From positions 30,001 to 62,000 of the forward strand of contig CAZETV010000001.1 of the NCBI GenBank assembly GCA_964514965.1: a stretch of 32,000 nt of DNA, read 5' to 3'. This stretch comes from Candidatus Hadarchaeota archaeon. Its GTDB lineage: Archaea > Hadarchaeota > Hadarchaeia > Hadarchaeales > Hadarchaeaceae. How positions within the stretch are numbered: the stretch's first letter is position 1; each line of letters starts with the position of its first letter. The translations under genes and the position numbers were made by a program. The notes beneath the pieces were generated by a model that saw nothing but the letters and a program-made list of their open reading frames with translations, was not told where the DNA came from and ran no database searches. This document shows positions 1 to 8,649 of this stretch, piece after piece.

Positions 1-1011
1 TCGTGCAGCATCGGTAGCGGGCATGGGTGAGAAGCGCGTGAGGTTCACCTTGTCCGGTCTCGCTTTCTTGATTAACTCGCATGTGTGCATGAACTCTCGT
101 TCGTTCTCGCCGGGAAAACCAACGATAACATCGGTGGCGAGATAGAGGTCTCCGAAGCGCTCCCGAAAAGCGTCCACAATTTTGATAAAATCATCGACGG
201 TGTACCCCCTGCGCATCGATTCTAGCACACCATCGTCTCCACTCTGAACGGGCAAATGCAAGAATTTGTAAATTTTTTCGTTATCGTAGGCATCAAGGAG
301 TTCGGGTAAAATCGGTTTCACGTTTTGCGGGTTCATCATCCCGATGCGGATTTTAAACTTGCCCTCGAGCGATGTGATCGAATTGAGCAATTCGGGTAGG
401 TTTGCTCCAACGTCTAAGCCGTAGGCAGCTGTGTCTTGGGCTGTGAGTAAGATTTCGCGGTAGCCAACATTAATTGCAGCCTCCACCTCACTGAGAATCG
501 GTTGAGAATAGAAGCTGCGCAGTTTGCCCCGCGCGAATTTAACCGAACAGTAACTGCAATTCGAAGTGCAGCCTTCGCAGATTGCTACTATCGCGCTCAC
601 CTTGCTCGAGCGAAGCTTGGGCATGGTCGGCTTTTCGCAGGGGGCTTGTTCGAGTGTTTTAATATTTTGTTTTTCGCACGCTATTCGTTCGAAGACTTCG
701 GCCATCTCGCCAATGGACCTGCATGAAACTACGCCAGCAAAACCTCCAATCTTTTCAATCGAGGCCAAGTCAATGAGAGGTAGGCAGCCGGCCACAACTA
801 CACGCTTTCCGTTCGAGTTCTGGAGTTCCCTCAAGCGGCGCAGCATTCTTCGATAAGTTGTCCCCTTCACGGCGCATGTGTTGACAATTATTGCGTCAGC
901 TTTAGCTGGATTTTGGACCATTTCGTGCCCAGCGACAGCGAGTTGCCCCAAAATGAGTTCTGCGTCGCTCCGGTTCATCGTGCAACCGTAGGTTTCACAG
1001 TACACACGCAT
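1..1011 (-). CDS. Radical-SAM methylthiotransferase, MiaB/MtaB (archaeal CDKAL1-like) family; C-terminal end runs off the window
   Basis: It is absent from the ORF track because there is no stop inside the window. My own minus-strand translation from the ATG at 1011-1009 reads MRVYCETYGCTMNRSDAELILGQL...IIVNTCAVKG (MTTase N-domain). It continues with ...CEGCTSNCSYCSV (CxxxCxxC radical-SAM motif) and ...LHLPVQSGDDGVLESMRRGY. The frame stays open to position 1. Confidence 0.85.
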   Translation of the reverse strand, partial: MRVYCETYGCTMNRSDAELILGQLAVAGHEMVQNPAKADAIIVNTCAVKGTTYRRMLRRLRELQNSNGKRVVVAGCLPLIDLASIEKIGGFAGVVSCRSIGEMAEVFERIACEKQNIKTLEQAPCEKPTMPKLRSSKVSAIVAICEGCTSNCSYCSVKFARGKLRSFYSQPILSEVEAAINVGYREILLTAQDTAAYGLDVGANLPELLNSITSLEGKFKIRIGMMNPQNVKPILPELLDAYDNEKIYKFLHLPVQSGDDGVLESMRRGYTVDDFIKIVDAFRERFGDLYLATDVIVGFPGENEREFMHTCELIKKARPDKVNLTRFSPMPATDAAR

Positions 1012-1060
1012 AACATCAACTTTTATTTACACTTTCTTGCAATAAAATCAGAGGGTATTC

Positions 1061-1819
1061 ATGAAAAAAATCCAGCTGACGCTAGTGCAAATTGACAATT
1101 ACGGCCCGTGGACCGTTACGCCAGAGCCCCACGGAGAGGCAGAGTTGCAAACGTTACAGGCCGAGCTATTTGCGGAGCTTGAACGGCAGTTTGCTTCTCA
1201 TAAGGGTCTAGCGTTCCAGACGAGGCTCGATAACATGATAGCGATTACGAATGGAATTTCACTCGATGAACATCGCGCCATCCAAAAAGTTGTGAACGAA
1301 AAATTTCCGGTGACGGTGAGCATGAGCGTGGGTACAGCCCCCACGCCCTACGAGGCGCAGGTTCAGGCGACCATTGCCCTACAGCACGTTGGCAGCAGCA
1401 GGTCGGCAGAGCGAAGTGGAGCGCTTGTTGGCGTTTGTGTGGATTCACCCGATGAAGATTGGGTGCAACTTGCCCACATGGATGTAAACCATTCAGCGCT
1501 GTTCACAGACAGCAAGCCTATATACGATACTCACCTCTTTCTCCAAAGAACTTGCGTTTCGCTCATGTCGGCGCTGGTACATAGAAATGCATTAGTGTTT
1601 TACACAGGGGGTGATAATTTCATGGTTCCATCAAATGGCCTAAATTTAAGTGAGCTGACTTCTGTTTTCTCTGAGGTCAAGCGTGAGGTTGGAGTAGATC
1701 TCAAGGCAGGTGTAGGCGCTGCTCGAACAGCTGAACTAGCGGCGCGCTTGGCCAGCGAGGGGCTTCATGAGATCAGGAAGGGCGTGGTGAAGGAACAAAT
1801 CATTTACAAAACTGGATAA
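1061..1819 (+). CDS. gch3: GTP cyclohydrolase III (archaeal FAPy-forming enzyme, MJ0145 family)
   Basis: The 252-aa ORF has the N-terminus MKKIQLTLVQIDNYGPWTVTPEP, which matches the family signature (..QIDNYGPWT..). A GAGGGT SD lies 4 nt upstream of the ATG. Confidence 0.85.
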   Translation: MKKIQLTLVQIDNYGPWTVTPEPHGEAELQTLQAELFAELERQFASHKGLAFQTRLDNMIAITNGISLDEHRAIQKVVNEKFPVTVSMSVGTAPTPYEAQVQATIALQHVGSSRSAERSGALVGVCVDSPDEDWVQLAHMDVNHSALFTDSKPIYDTHLFLQRTCVSLMSALVHRNALVFYTGGDNFMVPSNGLNLSELTSVFSEVKREVGVDLKAGVGAARTAELAARLASEGLHEIRKGVVKEQIIYKTG

Positions 1820-1918
1820 TTTTTTCCCACACAACCAGGCCTCATCACAAAAAGTGCGTAAATAACTGACTCAAGCTCTAATTTTCTCACATTGCCAGTC
1901 GAGAAAAGAAAGCGCCGC

Positions 1919-2167
1919 CTATAAGTTCTTCGCCACGATCTTTAAGTTTTTATACGCTTCCATGAACTCAAGTCCCTTTTTCGTGATTTTAAATTCTCCC
2001 AATGAGCCTGCGGCGGGACTTATCAACCCCTCTTGAATGAGTAAATCCAAGTACTTGTTGACAACGTTGAAGTTTAAATTTGCACGATAAACGATTGAGG
2101 TTTTCTTCGCACCATTTGTGGCAAGAGAAAGAATCTCTCCAACAATTTCAAACCTGCTCCGGCGCAA
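1919..2167 (-). CDS. Small winged-helix DNA-binding protein (archaeal HTH_45-like regulator)
   Basis: The 82-aa ORF reads RFEIVGEILSLATNGAKKTSIVYRANLNFNVVNKYLDLLIQEGLI, a typical wHTH pattern. The start is TTG, preceded by GAGGGG, and a stop lies 5 codons upstream, so it is the only possible start. Confidence 0.6.
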   Translation of the reverse strand: MRRSRFEIVGEILSLATNGAKKTSIVYRANLNFNVVNKYLDLLIQEGLISPAAGSLGEFKITKKGLEFMEAYKNLKIVAKNL

Positions 2168-2334
2168 GCCCCTCGCCCCTCACATCCAGCGAATTAATAT
2201 TGGGATGTTTAAGATTATAAATTTTTACCTATCTAACACAAAAAATATTAACATGGAATTTTTATTTTTTAAACTAAAAATTAGATGAAAATATTGCAAC
2301 TGTAAATGTAAAATTTCAATTTGTGGGTAAATGT

Positions 2335-2930
2335 ATGCTAAAAGTTATTGTCGTTTATGAATCAAGCGCGATAACACTAAATTTGTAGCGGAAAAAATCA
2401 GAGGCCGAAAACCGGGTCGGGGACTGGGTCTTGAGTGTCAGAGTAACGCCCACGAACATCACGGTGGGCAACAACATAACTATGGAGGCGACGTGTCGAT
2501 AGTTTTGGACAGCAACGGTTATCCGCATATAGGTTATTGCTATGTACCCGCGGCAGACGTAACTCCATTCAGGGGAGACGCTTTGAAGTACGCCCATTTG
2601 CATGGTGACGAGTGGGTGATCCAAACAGTTGATGACGGTGGCGGTTATCCTGCAGATGTTGGGCGAGGCGCATCGATAGCTCTCGACGAGGATGGTCGTC
2701 CACATTTAAGTTATAATGACTTCGGGCGCACCAGCGTGAAATACGCCAGTTACGACGACGAAAAATGGGTAATCGAGGTAGTGGATAACATGGTTGGCTC
2801 TGGAGAGGATAATCCAACAACCATCGCATGGAGGAGCACCTCAACAGCCCTCGATAGCGATGGCAATCCCCACATAAGTTACTACAGCTGGGCCGACGGA
2901 GTTTTAAAATACGCATTTAAAAATGGTTAA
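2335..2930 (+). pseudogene. Frame-disrupted secreted/surface repeat protein (beta-propeller-like repeats); the intact part is ORF 2493..2930
   Basis: ORF 2493..2930 holds three ~45-aa repeats (LDSNGYPHIGY..LKYAH..W, LDEDGRPHLSY..VKYAS..W, LDSDGNPHISY..LKYAF). A different frame upstream (2389-2511) encodes EAENRVGDWVLSVRVT, paralogous to the convergent gene. That frame has an in-frame TAG at 2386-2388 after the ATG at 2335, and a frame change is needed near 2490-2511. Confidence 0.4.
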
Positions 2931-2986
2931 GAGTGATTGGCTCCATGAAGTCTATCCAGAGTCCACGGCTGATATTTGCCCTCCCC

Positions 2987-3764
2987 TCACGGTTTCACCT
3001 CTATGAGCAACCCAACTGTGATGTCCACTTGGCTGTTATCGGGGTTGTACACCAAATGGGAAACCTCGACCCTGTACATCCCTGAAACAGTGATCGGACC
3101 AAACACGAATTGGCGGCTCTTGGAAAGTTGTGGGTATACCTCGACTTTTGTCTGAACCGTAACTAGGCTCATTTCATCATAGAGGGTTCCATCCGGGCTT
3201 ATAATGTTGATTGTCGGCTCGAACAGGTACGGGGCAGTCACCATGTAGTTGTCGGACCCCGTGTATTTTATGGTCGTCTCCACGATTATGTTTTTGTCCA
3301 CCACGATAGTTTGAGCACTCCAAGGGGTTGTCTGTGTTTGGGCGTGGTATCTCTTGCGGTCCGGTTCAACGTAGGCCACCCTAGGATTCCCCTGTAAATC
3401 ATTTACGGCCTGCGACGGAACCGAAGCGGCAATCGCCAAAAAATTCTGGAAAGTGTATTTTATCCTGCCGCCGTGGGATATGACCTCCTCGGCAACGTTC
3501 TCAGTGTCCGAGGCCTCTGAATCCTATTATGATTGGAACCATGTTGTCAACGGTGTTGTCCTGAGGAGCGGATGTGACCCTGACGCTCAGGATCCAGTCC
3601 CCGACCCGGTTTTCGGCCTCGTATCCCGAGCTACCGGAGCACAGCGCGATGCCTGTCACGATGCCGACCCCTATGACGAGCGCAACCAAGGAACATAAAA
3701 CGATATAATTTCTTCCCAGCACGCCCTTCCCCCCCGACGCATCCACGGAGATATTTGCCCCCAT
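2987..3764 (-). pseudogene. Membrane-anchored hypothetical protein split over two frames (frameshift or sequencing error)
   Basis: The upstream frame, from the ATG at 3764, reads MGANISVDASGGKGVLGRNYIVLCSLVALVIGVGIVTGIALCSGSSGYEAENRVGDWILSVRVT..., with one TM helix, and stops at 3501. The second frame is open from 3523 to 2987 (..DSEASDTENVAEEVISHGGRIKYTF..EVKP). The two frames overlap only at 3501-3523, so a single shift there would join them. Confidence 0.45.
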
Positions 3765-3797
3765 ATATAATAATTTTTTTGCTATTATTACTGGCTT

Positions 3798-3857
3798 TGC
3801 ACATAAATTGCTAAAAATCCGATCTTGCACATAAATTATCGATTCTGCACATAAATT
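3798..3857. promoter_or_regulatory. Three direct copies of TGCACATAAATT in a divergent intergenic region (candidate operator)
   Basis: Exact 12-mers lie at 3798-3809, 3826-3837 and 3846-3857, with start-to-start spacing of 28 and 20 bp. They sit between the minus-strand membrane-protein gene (ATG 3764) and the plus-strand RHH gene (ATG 3970). Confidence 0.45.
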
Positions 3858-3923
3858 CGGAGGCGATCTCACAAAAGGGTTAATTTATGGGCAAAGCCCC
3901 TACTACAGAAACCCTTAAATACC

Positions 3924-3957
3924 AACTGGATTATAGATGGATTGTAACTGGATTATA
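3924..3957. promoter_or_regulatory. Phased TGGATT x3 (11-bp period) and AACTGGATTATA x2, just upstream of the RHH gene
   Basis: TGGATT occurs at 3927, 3938 and 3949. The 12-mer AACTGGATTATA occurs at 3924-3935 and 3946-3957. The element ends 13 nt before the ATG at 3970 and overlaps the A/T-rich promoter-like sequence and the GGGGAGG SD. Confidence 0.4.
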
Positions 3958-3969
3958 AGGGGAGGCTGA

Positions 3970-4161
3970 ATGATGGTCCAAAAAAAAGCCGAAGTTCGGG
4001 TTTTTGTGGACGGGATTTACCTCAAGGTTATAGACGACCTCATCGGCACCGGCTACGGCAGCAACCGCAGCGAGGTCGTCCGCAAGATGATCCACGATTG
4101 GGTAATGACCAATATCGGAGGATTTCAAGGTCTGATGAAATATTCGAGAGGGAAAAAGTGA
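3970..4161 (+). CDS. Ribbon-helix-helix (CopG/Arc-like) DNA-binding protein
   Basis: The 63-aa ORF shows a beta-strand VRVFVD, helix 1 YLKVIDDLIG, and NRSEVVRKMIHDWV as helix 2. This is the classical RHH layout. An AGGGGAGG SD lies upstream. Confidence 0.7.
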   Translation: MMVQKKAEVRVFVDGIYLKVIDDLIGTGYGSNRSEVVRKMIHDWVMTNIGGFQGLMKYSRGKK

Positions 4162-4243
4162 ACTCAACTCACGGTCACCCCACCTCCTCAGTCCAGCCTC
4201 CAAAGGGGTGTCAGGCGGGGCGGCCTTTCGGGGCCGCTCTCGC

Positions 4244-4888
4244 CTAACGTTCATAAAGCCTGTGGGGGATTCTCTGGAAGGCCCTCCATAGGAAAATTGA
4301 AAGGGGGAGAGTCCGTCCCGAAATCGATGTCTCTCCCCTTTTAATCTGTTCTAAGATTGAATCGACGTTTGGCTTGCAGTTTAAAGTTGTACTGGCTAGA
4401 CCTATCTCGTCGCAGTGATGGGCATCAGAGCCCGCGGTAATGGGAAATCGATTTTGTTTGGCGAATCTTCGCGCGAGAGGATTGCTGAAAAAAAGGGCGC
4501 GGGAGTTGAATGCCTCGATCGCATCAAACTTCGCCCTGTAAACTAGGTTTGGCTTCCGCCCAAGCGCAAATGGGTGGGCGGCGACGGCGATACCCCTCTG
4601 CTCTTTTATTCGTTTGACAGTTTCTTTTGCCGATAGCCCTCGCGGCACGAGTTCTCTGACTCCGAGCCCGAGGATATGGCCGTCAGCGCTCGAAATTTCC
4701 ACGCCAGGGATGATTATGAAATCGTGTTTGGAGAATTTCTTTGTTTCAACATGTCCACGGATGGTGTTGTGATCTGTGATCGCGATGCCGTTCAATCCCT
4801 TCGCTTTCGCTGCTTTCGCGGCATCTTCCACGGAGCAGGTTCCATCGGGAGAGTGCGAGGTGTGAACATGCAGATCGATGCGGAGCAA
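4244..4888 (-). CDS. PHP-domain metal-dependent phosphoesterase
   Basis: The 214-aa ORF reads MLRIDLHVHTSHSPDG...IAITDHNT...AAHPF...GSDAHH, the PHP His/Asp motifs. The TTG start directly abuts the metG stop (TAG-TTG). Confidence 0.85.
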   Translation of the reverse strand: MLRIDLHVHTSHSPDGTCSVEDAAKAAKAKGLNGIAITDHNTIRGHVETKKFSKHDFIIIPGVEISSADGHILGLGVRELVPRGLSAKETVKRIKEQRGIAVAAHPFALGRKPNLVYRAKFDAIEAFNSRALFFSNPLARRFAKQNRFPITAGSDAHHCDEIGLASTTLNCKPNVDSILEQIKRGETSISGRTLPLSIFLWRAFQRIPHRLYER

Positions 4889-6703
4889 CTATCTCACCTT
4901 GGCGCCCGGCTTGACTGGTTTGTCGGAGGTCAAGATGGAAATTTTTTCTTCATCTTCAGCGGCCAAGAGCATTCCTTCAGATTTCACGCCCATGAGCTTC
5001 ACCGGCTCGAGATTGGTGACGATCGCGACTTGCTTGCCGATTAGTTTCTCCGATGGATAGTGCTCGGCAATTCCCGCCACTATCGTGCGTCGTTCTCCAG
5101 CGAGTTCCAGCTCAAGTTTAAGGAGTTTTTTCGAGCCGGGAATTTTTTCTGCTTTTGTTATCCTACCGACTCGGATGTCGAGCTTTTCGAAATCCTTGAT
5201 CGAAACCTGTGGTTTAAGGGGTTTAGAGGGGTTGTCGGTTTGAACCTTCGTGAAGAGGATTGACGGCTTTACGATTCGGTGCTCTGGCTCGATATCGAAT
5301 TTCTTTGCCTGTTCCCAACTGCTCACCTCAACATTTAGCTGCTTGGCGAGCCTATCGCAAGTTGAGGGCATGAACGGCGAGAGAGCGACGCACAGCGCCT
5401 TTACGAGGTTTGCGCAATTGAGGATGCAGTCAGCCGCTTTCCGGGGGTCGCTCTTTATCGTCTTCCAGGGTTTATGAAGCTGGAAATATTCGTTCCCGCG
5501 CCCAGCGATAACCAGTATTTCGTCGAGCGCTTGGGTCACCTTCAATTCCTCCAACAGTTTTTCCACTTTCCCTATTCGTTCGCTAACCTCGGCTTCGAGT
5601 TTTTTGTCGATCTTTCCGGCGGGTATAGTGCCTTCGAAGCGATCTCGGGTGAATGTGAGCACGCGATGGACAAAATTTCCGAAGACATCCGCGAGTTCGT
5701 CGTTTAACCTCGTGCGCAAGCTTTCCTCAGAGAAATTACCGTCTTGACCGAATGATATCTCTCGGATCAAGAAATAGCGTATAACGTCTGCAGAATACTT
5801 CTCGATGAGGTAAGACGAATCGATGACGTTGCCGAGTGATTTGCTGATTTTTTGTCCTTCGACCGTCAAGAATCCGTGCGCGAAGATTTGTTTAGGCAAC
5901 TCGTAGCCGGCCGAAAGCAGCATCCCGGGCCATACAACGCAGTGGAAGCGTATGATGTCTTTCGCGATGATATGGGCGTCAGCTGGCCAGTAGTCGCGCG
6001 GCAGCATGTAGTTTACGAGAGCGTCAAGCCAGACCCAGATTGTTTGCTTGGGGTCGCCCGGAACTTTTATACCCCACTCCAGCTCTGGGCGGGAAACGCT
6101 GATGTCTTTGAGGCCACTTTTGAGAAAGCTGAGTACCTCATTCTTCCGCGTCTCCGGTTGGATGAATTGGGGGTTGCTTTGGATATGTTCCAGGATTTGA
6201 TTTTGGTATTTTGAAAGTTTGAAAAAGTAGTTCTCCTCTTTGAGCAACTTGGGTTTTCTTTTGTGAAGGGGGCATTTTCCATTGACGAGATCCTCCTCCG
6301 CGACGTAGGCCTCGCAACCCTCGCAGTAAAGTCCTTCATACTCTCCCTTGTAGATGTCACCGCGCTCATTAATTCGCTTGAACAACTCGCGCACGTTCCG
6401 CTTGTGGCGCTCTTGGGTGGTGCGGATGAAGTCGTCATAACTTATATCAAACAATTTCCAAGCGTCAACCCACACCTTCGCCATCGAGTCCGCGTAGGCC
6501 TGAATTTCTTTGAACCCCTGTTCTCTTGCCGCCTTAACTGTTTTTGTGGAGTTCTCGTCCAGCCCAGTTAGGAAGAAGACATCATCTCCAAAAAGACGGT
6601 GCCATCGAGCGAGCACATCCGCAACTATGTTGGTGTAGGCGTGCCCGATGTGTGGCACAGCGTTGATGTAGTATATCGGCGTGGTGATGTAGAACTTAGC
6701 CAT
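4889..6703 (-). CDS. metG: Methionyl-tRNA synthetase with a C-terminal tRNA-binding (Trbp111/EMAPII-like) domain
   Basis: The sequence reads MAKFYITTPIYYINAVPHIGHAYT (HIGH motif) and KISKSLGN (KMSKS), with zinc-knuckle cysteines CEGCEAY..CPLH. The C-terminal region is DIRVGRITKAEKIPGSKKLLKLELELAG. I moved the start to the ATG at 6703 (GGGGAAAGGT SD) rather than the track start at 6784. Confidence 0.95.
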   Translation of the reverse strand: MAKFYITTPIYYINAVPHIGHAYTNIVADVLARWHRLFGDDVFFLTGLDENSTKTVKAAREQGFKEIQAYADSMAKVWVDAWKLFDISYDDFIRTTQERHKRNVRELFKRINERGDIYKGEYEGLYCEGCEAYVAEEDLVNGKCPLHKRKPKLLKEENYFFKLSKYQNQILEHIQSNPQFIQPETRKNEVLSFLKSGLKDISVSRPELEWGIKVPGDPKQTIWVWLDALVNYMLPRDYWPADAHIIAKDIIRFHCVVWPGMLLSAGYELPKQIFAHGFLTVEGQKISKSLGNVIDSSYLIEKYSADVIRYFLIREISFGQDGNFSEESLRTRLNDELADVFGNFVHRVLTFTRDRFEGTIPAGKIDKKLEAEVSERIGKVEKLLEELKVTQALDEILVIAGRGNEYFQLHKPWKTIKSDPRKAADCILNCANLVKALCVALSPFMPSTCDRLAKQLNVEVSSWEQAKKFDIEPEHRIVKPSILFTKVQTDNPSKPLKPQVSIKDFEKLDIRVGRITKAEKIPGSKKLLKLELELAGERRTIVAGIAEHYPSEKLIGKQVAIVTNLEPVKLMGVKSEGMLLAAEDEEKISILTSDKPVKPGAKVR

Positions 6704-6809
6704 ACCTTTCCCCTCTTTCTTTGAGTGGTGATAATTTAAATGTCTTGAATAAACCTTTCCTAAATTTATTAAACCTAGATGCAATATTCATAGTAGTGGG
6801 GGTGTAATA

Positions 6810-7328
6810 TTGGGTGGAAAGCGGGTTTTGATGATAATTGCGCCTGAGAACTTTAGAGACGAGGAACTTTTGCATACAAGGGAGGAGCTTGAGAGCGCTG
6901 AGGTGAAGACAACAATCGCGAGCACGAAAATAGGTGAAGTTAAGGGCGTGCTGGGGGCGAAAGTAAATTCTGGTATCAAACTCGACCAAGTAAATGTTGA
7001 TGATTACGATGGTGTGGTTTTTGTGGGCGGTTCTGGCGCGGAAGTTTATTTCAACGATAAGCGAGCAATCTCGATAGCTGGCGAGGCATTCAGCAAGGAC
7101 AAGAAAATCTGTGCCATTTGCATCGCTCCAGTTATCCTCGCGAATGCGGGGGTGTTGGAGGGCAAGCGTGCAACAGTCTTCGACGGTGATTACGTTAGAA
7201 AAATTGAAGGCAAAGGCGCCACTTATACCGGAAAGCCAGTCGAAGTTGACGGAAACATCATAACTGCGAACGGTCCAGCGGCTGCACGCGAGTTCGGACG
7301 CACGATTGCAAATGAACTTGAGCTTTAG
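6810..7328 (+). CDS. DJ-1/PfpI family protein
   Basis: The 172-aa ORF reads RVLMIIAPENFRDEEL...VFVGGSG...ICAICIAPVILANAGVLEGKRAT, with the nucleophile-elbow Cys. The start is TTG with a GGGGGTG SD; the ATG at 6831 is an alternative. Confidence 0.85.
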   Translation: MGGKRVLMIIAPENFRDEELLHTREELESAEVKTTIASTKIGEVKGVLGAKVNSGIKLDQVNVDDYDGVVFVGGSGAEVYFNDKRAISIAGEAFSKDKKICAICIAPVILANAGVLEGKRATVFDGDYVRKIEGKGATYTGKPVEVDGNIITANGPAAAREFGRTIANELEL

Positions 7329-8649
7329 GGGCGATGGCTTGGTCGATATCTTAATCAAGGGCGGCCACATCATCACAATGGATTCTCAACGCCATGTGCT
7401 CGACCGGGGTTCTGTGGTGATTGATGGTGGCAGGATAGTTTCAGTTGGCAAGGAAGTCAAAGTGCGGGCGGACACGGTGATTGATGCTCGGGGCAAAGCC
7501 GTGCTTCCCGGGCTCATCAACGCCCACACTCACCTCTCGATGACTTTGTTGCGAGGCGTTGCCGACGACATGGAGCTAGACTCTTGGTTAAAAACTAAAA
7601 TTTGGCCAATCGAGAAACATCTTCGAGCCGAGGACTGTTACGTTGGTGCATTACTCGGTTGTCTAGAGATGATAAAATCTGGAACGACTTGCTTTGCCGA
7701 CCAATATCTTCACATGGAGGATGTCGCCCGAGCAGTTGAAAAATCTGGTATCCGTGGCGTACTCTCTTACGGCATCATAGAACAAGGCGACCCCAAGAAG
7801 CGGAAATCGGAGATTCAGGCAGGTGAAAAGTTGGTCAAAAATTATCATGGCAAGGCAAATGGTCGGATTTTAACCATGTTTGGTCCACACGCCTCGTACA
7901 CATGTTCACCTGAGTGTCTCGTGCAAGTAAAGGAGTTGGCAAAAAAGTACAAAGTTGGAGTTCATATTCATATCGCCGAGTCTAAATGGGAAGTTGGAGA
8001 AATAATCAAAAAATACGGTAAGCGCCCAGTTGAGCATTTAGATGCAATCGGCTTTCTGGGGCCCGAGGTTCTGGCGGCGCACTGTGTTCAATTGACTGGG
8101 CAGGAAATTCGGATTTTGCATGATAGAGGGGTCAAGCCAGTGCATAACCCGGTGAGTAACATGAAAATTGCATGTGGCGTGTCGCCCGTACCAGAAATGC
8201 TGGCAGCGGGTATACCCGTAGCACTCGGCACGGATGGGGCCGCTTCAAACAACGCACTGGACATGTTCAGTGAGATGAAATTTGCAGCGCTGCTCAACAA
8301 AGTTGATAAATTTAATCCTACAATCATGCCCGCTCAATCGGTGCTCGAAATGGCGACAATTAATGGCGCGAGAGCACTTGGGTTGGATGGAAGTCTCGGC
8401 TCGATTGAGGTCGGGAAGAAAGCCGATTTAATACTAGTTGATTTACGGAAGCCACACCTTACACCCATTAATAACGTCATATCTCATTTGGTCTATAGTG
8501 CAACTGGTAGCGATGTTGATACGGTTATCGTGGATGGTAAGGTCATTATGCAGGGGCGAAGGGTTCTAAAATTCGAAGAGGATAAGGTTTTGAAGGAGGC
8601 CCAGAAAGCTGCAGATGATTTACTCGCGCGGAAGGAAGTAGCAAAATGA
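7306..8649 (+). CDS. mtaD: 5'-methylthioadenosine/S-adenosylhomocysteine deaminase (MtaD/DadD-type amidohydrolase)
   Basis: The sequence reads LPGLINAHTHLSMTLLRGVADDMELDSWL..IWP.E, with HIHIAES and GTDGAASNN motifs typical of the MtaD subgroup. The start is uncertain: ATG 7306 overlaps DJ-1 by 23 nt, and TTG 7339 is an alternative. Confidence 0.85.
   Translation: MQMNLSFRGDGLVDILIKGGHIITMDSQRHVLDRGSVVIDGGRIVSVGKEVKVRADTVIDARGKAVLPGLINAHTHLSMTLLRGVADDMELDSWLKTKIWPIEKHLRAEDCYVGALLGCLEMIKSGTTCFADQYLHMEDVARAVEKSGIRGVLSYGIIEQGDPKKRKSEIQAGEKLVKNYHGKANGRILTMFGPHASYTCSPECLVQVKELAKKYKVGVHIHIAESKWEVGEIIKKYGKRPVEHLDAIGFLGPEVLAAHCVQLTGQEIRILHDRGVKPVHNPVSNMKIACGVSPVPEMLAAGIPVALGTDGAASNNALDMFSEMKFAALLNKVDKFNPTIMPAQSVLEMATINGARALGLDGSLGSIEVGKKADLILVDLRKPHLTPINNVISHLVYSATGSDVDTVIVDGKVIMQGRRVLKFEEDKVLKEAQKAADDLLARKEVAK

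Noticed and set aside
2386-2388. In-frame TAG in the plus-strand surface-protein gene, considered as a possible pyrrolysine or read-through codon
   Set aside because: TAG is the ordinary stop of several well-supported genes here (wHTH 1919, PHP 4244, metG 4889, DJ-1 7326). The segment upstream of the TAG aligns to its paralogue only with indels and further stops. Decay or sequence error is therefore the simpler reading.
3798-3857. Triple direct repeat, considered as a mini CRISPR array
   Set aside because: The units are only 12 nt, there are only three copies, the intervening segments are 16 and 8 nt, and no cas genes are present. A protein-binding operator is a better explanation.
3931-4254. 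107-aa minus-strand ORF
   Set aside because: It is antisense to the RHH gene, which has a clear fold pattern and SD. It extends into the PHP gene terminus and has no start context.
6696-7376. 226-aa minus-strand ORF, plus 6788..6979
   Set aside because: It is antisense to the DJ-1/PfpI gene, which has clear family motifs. It has no recognisable domain and overlaps the metG promoter region.
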